Shown piece by piece: positions 9,641 through 16,400 of a DNA stretch of 54,289 nt. A program made the position numbers and the translations under genes. The DNA comes from a virus. Lineage: Duplodnaviria > Caudoviricetes. The DNA lies in the IMG/VR virus record IMGVR_UViG_3300027917_000056, positions 1 to 54,289 of that record. One strand, written 5' to 3'. The notes under the pieces were generated by a model. That model ran no database searches. It had not been told where the DNA came from and saw only the letters and a list, made by a program, of their open reading frames with translations. Within the stretch, counting starts at the first letter, position 1, and the number at the start of each line of letters is the position of its first letter.

Positions 9641-9880
9641 TTATCTTACTAGAGATTTTTGCTTACGCTTGAAACATTGATAACAAAAGTCCAAATAAGG
9701 GCCTCGATATATACGTACTGATATGCGTTTGTTTGATATGTCAATACGCTTCGCACACATGGGACAATACGGATTGTTTAAGAATTCTCCCGGTCCTATG
9801 CCCTGTATTTTAAGTGGCTCCACAGCTCCTCCTCGTTCACCAGTTAGTTGTTTTTCCTTCTTCTTGTGTTTTCTGATCAT
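9641..9880 (-). CDS. small CxxC protein
   Basis: Start at MIRKHKK (9880) overlaps the upstream stop; CPMC and CYQC motifs. Confidence 0.5.
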   Translation of the reverse strand: MIRKHKKKEKQLTGERGGAVEPLKIQGIGPGEFLNNPYCPMCAKRIDISNKRISVRIYRGPYLDFCYQCFKRKQKSLVR

Positions 9881-10119
9881 CTTGCCGTATCCGTATTGTC
9901 TAGAAGTTTTGAAAGTTTTTTGGCTAGATGACACACATCTGCTCTTCTCCATCGCCAATACCGCAGACTCGTTCCCACCTGTATACCCTTGATCCAACCC
10001 TTGCGCTGATAGATGTACATATCGTCAGGACTGCAATCGATGATGGCTGCGGCCTGTTTTGCATTTAGTAATACAGCCATTGTCTTCTCCCTCTGTTTTC
10101 TGTATGTGACGATTACCAA
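9877..10119 (-). CDS. Xis/MerR-like helix-turn-helix protein
   Basis: LLNAKQAAAIIDCS...RKGWIKGIQVG...WRWRRADV pattern. Confidence 0.7.
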   Translation of the reverse strand: MVIVTYRKQREKTMAVLLNAKQAAAIIDCSPDDMYIYQRKGWIKGIQVGTSLRYWRWRRADVCHLAKKLSKLLDNTDTAR

Positions 10120-10334
10120 TTCACCTCGTTTTCGTCAGCAGGCTCATAGGCATCCGGTAAAGGTACGATAGGGTCAAGACCATGTTTCTTGCGGGTTGGA
10201 TTCACACGGTCGACACAAATCTTGCAGATAGGTTCTCGGCTTCCATCTATCCTTATGGAGGGGACCTTGTTTGGATTAAAAGAGAAAAGTTTATTACAAC
10301 AAACACAGTAACCTGTAACCATTACATAGCCCAT
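10113..10334 (-). CDS. small zinc-ribbon protein
   Basis: CVCC and CKIC motifs; GAGGAGG RBS. Confidence 0.65.
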   Translation of the reverse strand: MGYVMVTGYCVCCNKLFSFNPNKVPSIRIDGSREPICKICVDRVNPTRKKHGLDPIVPLPDAYEPADENEVNW

Positions 10335-10354
10335 GATTTGTCCTCCTCTTTTGT

Positions 10355-10605
10355 TTTACGTACAATCTGCGTACACATTTCTGCCCAAAAGCCCCAAAAC
10401 CGTACAATGAGATGCAAAGGTTTAGTAGACAGTGAGTAGTTTTTGTTGTATATTTTGGGGAACTTTTGTATATGGTTGGAGTTTAAATATGAGGCTGCGT
10501 CAAGTATCATATAATCGGGATAAGCAAAAAACATCATGTTTTCAAGCCATTTAGAAAGCCAATCCTTCATGTGTGCTCCGAATTGCGTACAATCTACGTA
10601 TGATC
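10355..10605. other. putative attP with integrase arm-type repeats
   Basis: CGTACAATCTG-CGTACAC (10359-10376), CGTACAAT (10401-10408) and CGTACAATCTA-CGTATGA (10586-10603) flank an AT-rich core about 190 bp downstream of int. Confidence 0.55.
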
Positions 10606-10803
10606 CGACAATTTATTCCTCTTTTTGGCCTTATCTTTTTGCTGGATAAGATATGCAAGTTGATCTCTTTTTCTAATTCCAGCATTTAGAATAGATACTT
10701 CTGTTCCATATCCAATGTTGTAATAACCAAGAAATCCATGAGTAGTAAAACCATGTCTTTTACACGCTTCATCGAATTGCTTTTTGCTTATGTCTCTTCC
10801 CAT
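10594..10803 (-). CDS. hypothetical protein
   Basis: ORF overlapping the int stop; GGAGGG RBS. Confidence 0.55.
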   Translation of the reverse strand: MGRDISKKQFDEACKRHGFTTHGFLGYYNIGYGTEVSILNAGIRKRDQLAYLIQQKDKAKKRNKLSDHT

Positions 10804-11840
10804 GATTTTCCCTCCCTTTTGATTTTCAATGGTTCCTCCAGAAACCTAGCCGTCTCCAAGTCCGGACCACGTAATTGTCTCATGTATCGGTCTGTCGTAG
10901 TGGACCGCTCATGACCCAACTGCCGACGTACTTGTTCCAAGGACGCCCCACGAGAGAGCATCAGGTGACTAGCAAAATGTCTCAACGCGTGCCAGTTGAA
11001 TCGCTTGATACCAGCCTTGTCGCAAAGATAGGGCAGGGTCATTCCCATCTTCACGTACCTTTTGCCGTGCTCGTCGGTCCAAAGCCAAGTATTTCGCTTT
11101 CGTGACTTTAGAAACTGGAAATTGGTCATCAAGTCGTCGGTAATGGCCAGAGGCCTCGGAACTAGATGTCCGCCCTTGGCTTTACGATGATATACGGTGA
11201 ATATCCTTCGAGAAAGATCCACGTCCTTCCACTGCATATTGAGCATTTCACCCTTTCTGATACCTGTTTTCGTAACCATATCAATCATCTGCGTAACTGT
11301 TGGACTGGCCAACATACGAATCTTGAGCACATCTTCAGCAGGCGGGACGTATGGGATGGATTTTTCCTCGGGTAGACCCTTGACCTTACGGATAGGATTA
11401 AAGGGTATGAGTTCCTCGGATTCTGCGAAATTGAGTACGATCTTCCAAAATTCCAAGTTCCGATTGACAGTCTTGCGGGAAGCTTGCAGATCCCACTCTC
11501 TAAGCTGTTTTCGGGCAAAAGCGGGGGTCATCTCTGTGACGTTCTTTTTGTGCAGACCTTGAAAATATCGCCTACCACGAGACAGTACCCAAGACAGGTG
11601 TGCATCACTTGTGGCTCGCTTGCAGTGGTCTGTGTAGGCGTTAAGGACAGTCAAGAAATCCGTGGCGATTTGGGTCTTCTGAGTTAGACCTGCAAGTTCC
11701 CGCCTTTTTAATACCTCGGCCTCCTGTGCGTCTTCCCGGGTGTCGTATCCGTGGCCCTGATAAAGCTGACCGGCCCTCGTAAACCTGTAAAACCACTGCC
11801 TTTTCTTCTTCCTCTTGTCCTTGTATTGGGCTGCTACCAT
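10788..11840 (-). CDS. int: tyrosine recombinase (phage integrase)
   Basis: TGIRKGE (R), HALRH, LGH and TDRY catalytic set; N-terminal arm-binding-like WFYRF segment; ATG 11840 follows GGAGGGAGG. Confidence 0.93.
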   Translation of the reverse strand: MVAAQYKDKRKKKRQWFYRFTRAGQLYQGHGYDTREDAQEAEVLKRRELAGLTQKTQIATDFLTVLNAYTDHCKRATSDAHLSWVLSRGRRYFQGLHKKNVTEMTPAFARKQLREWDLQASRKTVNRNLEFWKIVLNFAESEELIPFNPIRKVKGLPEEKSIPYVPPAEDVLKIRMLASPTVTQMIDMVTKTGIRKGEMLNMQWKDVDLSRRIFTVYHRKAKGGHLVPRPLAITDDLMTNFQFLKSRKRNTWLWTDEHGKRYVKMGMTLPYLCDKAGIKRFNWHALRHFASHLMLSRGASLEQVRRQLGHERSTTTDRYMRQLRGPDLETARFLEEPLKIKREGKSWEET

Positions 11841-12045
11841 CAATGCCTCCCTCCAGCATTTGATGGACTCTGAGCATATCAATACGTAGGTCTCCTAATG
11901 CTTTCGTACCGATTTTCCACTTCCGCCAGTTCCGATAAAGCCGATCTTTCGGGCAGTTAAGCACTCTCGCGGCTTCCGTAACTGTCAAAAACCGATCTTT
12001 AAAAGAGGCGTTTTTTTGATCAATCTTTTCTGGACCCATATCCAA
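11641..12045 (-). CDS. excisionase-like HTH protein (C-terminal tail overlaps int by about 200 bp)
   Basis: FLTVTEAARVLNCPKDRLYRNW motif; directly upstream of int. Confidence 0.65.
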   Translation of the reverse strand: MDMGPEKIDQKNASFKDRFLTVTEAARVLNCPKDRLYRNWRKWKIGTKALGDLRIDMLRVHQMLEGGIDGSSPIQGQEEEEKAVVLQVYEGRSALSGPRIRHPGRRTGGRGIKKAGTCRSNSEDPNRHGFLDCP

Positions 12046-12080
12046 GTACCTTTATTCTCTTAATTGTTCAAAAAACCGTG

Positions 12081-12305
12081 CTACGACCCTGTTTTTGAAA
12101 AATTAGAGGGTATTTTAGAGCCATGTCGCCCGGGATCTGTGCCAGCCCTGAATGGATAAAGGGCACAGTCCGTAATTTTGCACATTTTCACTTCTGCCAG
12201 TTTCCAGCAACAGCAATTCAGGCACTTCTGCCGTATCGCCTGGAGTGGGGTCAATCGCCTTGTAATCAGTCCGTTTTTAGAAATGTACGTGTGCTCTACG
12301 GCCAC
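12081..12305 (-). CDS. small Cys-rich phage protein of unknown function
   Basis: TPLQAIRQKCLNCC...C..TDCALYPFRAG pattern. Confidence 0.65.
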   Translation of the reverse strand: MAVEHTYISKNGLITRRLTPLQAIRQKCLNCCCWKLAEVKMCKITDCALYPFRAGTDPGRHGSKIPSNFSKTGS

Positions 12306-12329
12306 TCAGGTCCCCAGAATTTCAAATAA

Positions 12330-12536
12330 TTACTCAGATTTCCCTTGGAGATGGCTAAAAAATTTTTTATCCTGTAAATGAGATCGCCTGACTATCTTCA
12401 TTTTGAGCCCATCGAGCAGTAGTTGATACGCAACCTCTTGAATTTCCTGACAGTTTTCGTCCGCTAGTTCCCATAAAGCACTCTTGATGTGATCGTGGAT
12501 TCTCAGTCTCAGCACCGATGTACGGTTCTCCGCCAT
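12330..12536 (-). CDS. possible ribbon-helix-helix regulator
   Basis: Alternating VLRLRI strand followed by two predicted helices. Confidence 0.45.
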   Translation of the reverse strand: MAENRTSVLRLRIHDHIKSALWELADENCQEIQEVAYQLLLDGLKMKIVRRSHLQDKKFFSHLQGKSE

Positions 12537-12542
12537 GCCACC

Positions 12543-12821
12543 TCAGTCGTCAGCCTTCTCTTGACCAATATCAAAATCAAACTCTGCTTTCTCGCCATTT
12601 TCCAAGGGTTTAAGATAAGAGTTGAGCCTCAACATGAAATCTAACCCATTTCGGTGAATCCGATAATGGTTTCCAGGAGTGCGCTTTACGAACTTTGCAG
12701 GTAGATGTTTGGTCCACAGTCGCACCGAGGCACTACATGTACCCGTCATCCTAGCTACCTTACCCGTACTGAGCCAATCTGGTTTTGAATTTTGCTTTTC
12801 TTTGCTCCTAGCATGTGTCAT
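12543..12821 (-). CDS. MerR/Xis-type HTH protein in the Cro position
   Basis: WLSTGKVARMTG...SVRLW...RTPGNHYRI; first gene after the leftward promoter, divergent from the repressor. Confidence 0.75.
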   Translation of the reverse strand: MTHARSKEKQNSKPDWLSTGKVARMTGTCSASVRLWTKHLPAKFVKRTPGNHYRIHRNGLDFMLRLNSYLKPLENGEKAEFDFDIGQEKADD

Positions 12822-12863
12822 ACTGTTTTCCCCATTTTGTCTACTTTTATCCCTTTTTTACAC

Positions 12864-12892
12864 AGTATCGGAAATTTCGGATGGTATGTCAA
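12864..12892 (-). promoter_or_regulatory. sigma70 promoter of the early leftward operon with an operator-like palindrome
   Basis: TTGACA (12892-12887), N17, GATACT (12869-12864); imperfect palindrome ATCGGAAATTTCGGAT at 12867-12882. Confidence 0.75.
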
Positions 12893-13272
12893 GAAAAAAA
12901 TCGAAAATAGCCAAAATATTTTTTAACTACCCTGAATTACAGGGATTTCGAGAACGATTAATCGCATTGGTAAACAGCAAATATGGGGGTAAATGGAGGG
13001 CCTTTTCCAAAGTTACTGGAATTCCAGCAGATTCTTTGAGCAAACTGAAGACCGGACAAGGGGCTCTGTCTCTTCAATATGTTTTGAAGCTCCTCTACTG
13101 GGACTTGGAAAAGGCTATATGGCTTCTTACCGGGCAAAAGGTCGAAATACGTTCGATTCTTTCAGGAGAATTAGATTTTGATGAATTGCCAGAAATTGCT
13201 GACCTGCTCTCCGAAATCAGAGAACTCAAAAAAAGGGTAGGGGACCTGGAAAAGGGAAATCTTGGGTCCTAA
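12886..13272 (+). CDS. CI-like (XRE HTH) repressor without a peptidase domain
   Basis: Only convincing plus-strand gene; FRERL...AFSKVTGIPADSLSKLKTG...WLLTG pattern; start position uncertain. Confidence 0.75.
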   Translation: MSRKKSKIAKIFFNYPELQGFRERLIALVNSKYGGKWRAFSKVTGIPADSLSKLKTGQGALSLQYVLKLLYWDLEKAIWLLTGQKVEIRSILSGELDFDELPEIADLLSEIRELKKRVGDLEKGNLGS

Positions 13273-13335
13273 ATATTTCCATTAAATATTCATCCCCCTC
13301 TCTCTAGCGCTATACCCCCTCCCTGACGGAAAATC

Positions 13336-13383
13336 ATGTAAACACCGCTATTATGTGATTTTATGATGTTGTGGTGTTTACAT
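13336..13383. repeat. 11-bp inverted repeat between convergent genes (possible terminator or protein-binding site)
   Basis: ATGTAAACACC-N26-GGTGTTTACAT. Confidence 0.5.
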
Positions 13384-13491
13384 TTCATCCCCTCCAGTCC
13401 CTCCCAAGTTTTGTTCCTAATCCTCCCAGTCCTCTCAGTCTTCGGAATCATCTAACGAGGGGGACGATGATAGAAACGACGATTATCTGAA

Positions 13492-16400
13492 TCAGTTCTC
13501 TGGATCTATAACCATTTCCTCATGTATGTCTGGATCTATGGCCATCTCCGAATGTATATCCACCTCAATATCCACCCTTTGAGCCATCCAGCTAATTGAA
13601 CTCGTGCAGCTAGAGCTTGACTTCGAGCACTCGCTAGAACTCGACCAACTGGACTCGCATGACAGACTCGAAAAACTGGACCAAGAACTTGCACAGGACA
13701 GGCATGAGGAGGATGGGCTAGAGATGGACGACAGGCTGCTCAGAGAACTGGTACAGGAGAGGCTTGAAAAACTGGATGCGGAGCACATGGACTCCGAAGA
13801 CCAGGACGAGAGGGACGAGAGCGAGGAGAGGGACGAGGCACAGGAGAGGCTCGACCAGCTAGACTCAGAGCACACCGACTCCGAGGACTGGGAACTTTCG
13901 CAAGAGAGGCTCGAAAGGCTTGACTCGGAGCATACGCTCTCCGATGACCGGGAACTTTCGCAGGATAGACTGGAAAGGCTAGAGTGGGACGACTCGGAGC
14001 AGATACTTTCCGAGGACTGGGAACTCAGGCTGCTATGGGAGGAAAGGCTGGAGTGGCTTGACTCGGAGCAAACCGACTCAGAAGAGAGGCTGGAGGCACA
14101 ACTCAGGGACGACAGGCTTGACTCAGAACACACGGATTCTGAGGACCAGGAGGACAGACAACTGAACGATGAAAGGCTGGAAGGTGAAGATTTGCTCTCC
14201 TGGCTAGATGAACTAAAACTCGACTCACAAGACCAGCTCGACTCAGAGCATACACTCTCGGATGAGAGGGAAGAACGGGAACTGGCGCAGCTATGGCTTG
14301 ACAGTGAAGATTCAGAGCAGATTGATTCTGAAGATAGTGAACTCTGGCAACTCAGCGAGCTATAACTCGACTCCGAGCATACCGACTCGGATGAAAGGCT
14401 GGACAGGCTGGACGTACAGGATAGACTGGACAGGCTCGACTCGGAACATACGGACTCTGAGGACCAGGAGCTCGCACAACTCAGAGATGAGAGGCTGGAA
14501 AATGAGGATTCCGAGCAAATTGATTCGGACGATATTGAGCTGGGGCTACTCAGGGACGAGGGGCTGGAGAAGGACGAGGTACAGCTCTGCGAGGACAAAC
14601 TTGATAGCGAGGACTCCGAGCATACCGATTCTGAAGACCAGGAACTCAGGCACGAGAGACTTGAAAGCGAAGATTCCGAGCATATCGACTCCGATGACCA
14701 GGAAGAAATGCAGCTCAGGCTCGACAAGCTGGAAGGTGAAGATTTGCTCTCCTGACTGGAGGAGCTAAAACTCGACTCACAAGATAGACTAGACTCGGAA
14801 CATATACTCTCCGAAGAGAAGGACGAGACACAGGATAGACTTGACCAACTGGACTCGGAGCACACCGACTCCGAGGACCAAGAACTCAGGCAACTTGTGG
14901 ATGAGAGACTCGACAAACTGGATTCGGAGCATACCGATTCCGAGGACAGCGAAGAATGGGAGGATAGACTTGAAAAACTCGATGTAGAGCACACCGACTC
15001 TGAGGACAGCGAAGAACGGGAGCTGATGCAGCTATAGCTTGATAACGAAGATTCCGAGCAGACAGACTCCGAACTCCAAGAACTTGCACATGAGAGGCTT
15101 GACAGTGATGACTCAGAGCAAATCGATTCGGAAGAATACGAAGATAGCGATGAAATGCAGCTAAAACTTGACAACGAAGATTCCGAGCAGACAGACTCTG
15201 AAGATTCAGAAGAAGTGCATGACAGGGACGAATAACTGGACGCCGAGCAGACCGACTCCGAGGACTGCGAGCTGGTACAACTTAACGAGGACAGACTGGA
15301 CGTGGAGGAGGCTGACTCAACAGATTCCGAAGACCAAGAGGAAATGCAAGAGGCACTGGAGGTGCTGGATTCGGATGAGGTTGAAGATTCCGAAGAGTAG
15401 GAAGAGGTGGAACTTACCGAGGAGGTTGAGCTGTAGGATTCCCAATCGCAAACATCTACCAGAACATTGTCGAAGTACGCCGTATAGCCTTTGGTATCAC
15501 CAAACCAGTCGTGGGAACCAAGGTCTATAGCCTTAAAATTCTCACTGTGTGTACCGCCAAGGGTTCCTTCTGAAGTAATTGGGTATTCAGTGTCTACATT
15601 GTTTATTTGATCGACATTGTTTATTCGCCATGCCCACTCATTTGTTGAAGATAACCACTTCACTTGAATTACATAACGCTTATCCTCAACAACTGTTACA
15701 TTTGTATCCCTGTTATCCCTGACGGTCTTACTCTGGGAGTAGTCCCATACCCTGAAGATGACCTTGCTTCCATCATGCCAAATGACAAGACCCCAGAGAT
15801 ACCCCCCAGCATTGTCCGTTATAAGGCCGACGGTTGCTTGATCCCCACTGATAAATTCTGACAGATCAGTAAAAATCACCTCAAAACTATAATAGAAATC
15901 GGCTAAGTCAAATTGCCCAGTATTAAAAGCATTGGTTAATTCATTATCAGGAGCAATTATCTTTAGACATTCACTACCCCACCCAGGCGGACTGCCCACA
16001 TCTGCTGGATCAGCATTCTCGTCAATCGTTCCTGTTGTTAGGTTTTCCAACCAACCCGATTCATCGTACCCAGGAGTGCTTGTGTATTCGAATCGTTCTG
16101 TGAAAGTATCACACTGCAAGGAGCTGGAAGACTCGGACGACTGGCAGGAGACCGATGACTCGGAAGAATAGGACGAGGTACAGGAGGTCGAGGAGGTCGA
16201 GGAATAGGAGGAGACACAAGAGTAAGAGGAGGTCGAGCAGACAGACTCCGAAGAAGCCGATGAGGTACAACTCAACGAGGAGTAACTTGACTCCGAGCAT
16301 ACACTCTCCGAGGAACGGGAGGAAACGCAAGACAAGGACGAGAGGCTGGAAAGTGAAGAAGCCGAGCACAGGCTTTCGGAAGACCAGGACGAGAGACAAC

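Noticed and set aside
10322-10570. 82-aa minus-strand ORF
   Set aside because: Weak RBS and no recognisable features; it coincides with the arm-repeat region better explained as attP, though not fully excluded.
12679-12885. N-terminal extension of the repressor ORF
   Set aside because: Overlaps the divergent HTH gene and the promoter; the HTH domain starts after 12886.
13343-13372. dif-like XerCD site
   Set aside because: Only a loose TTATG resemblance; the arms do not match the consensus.
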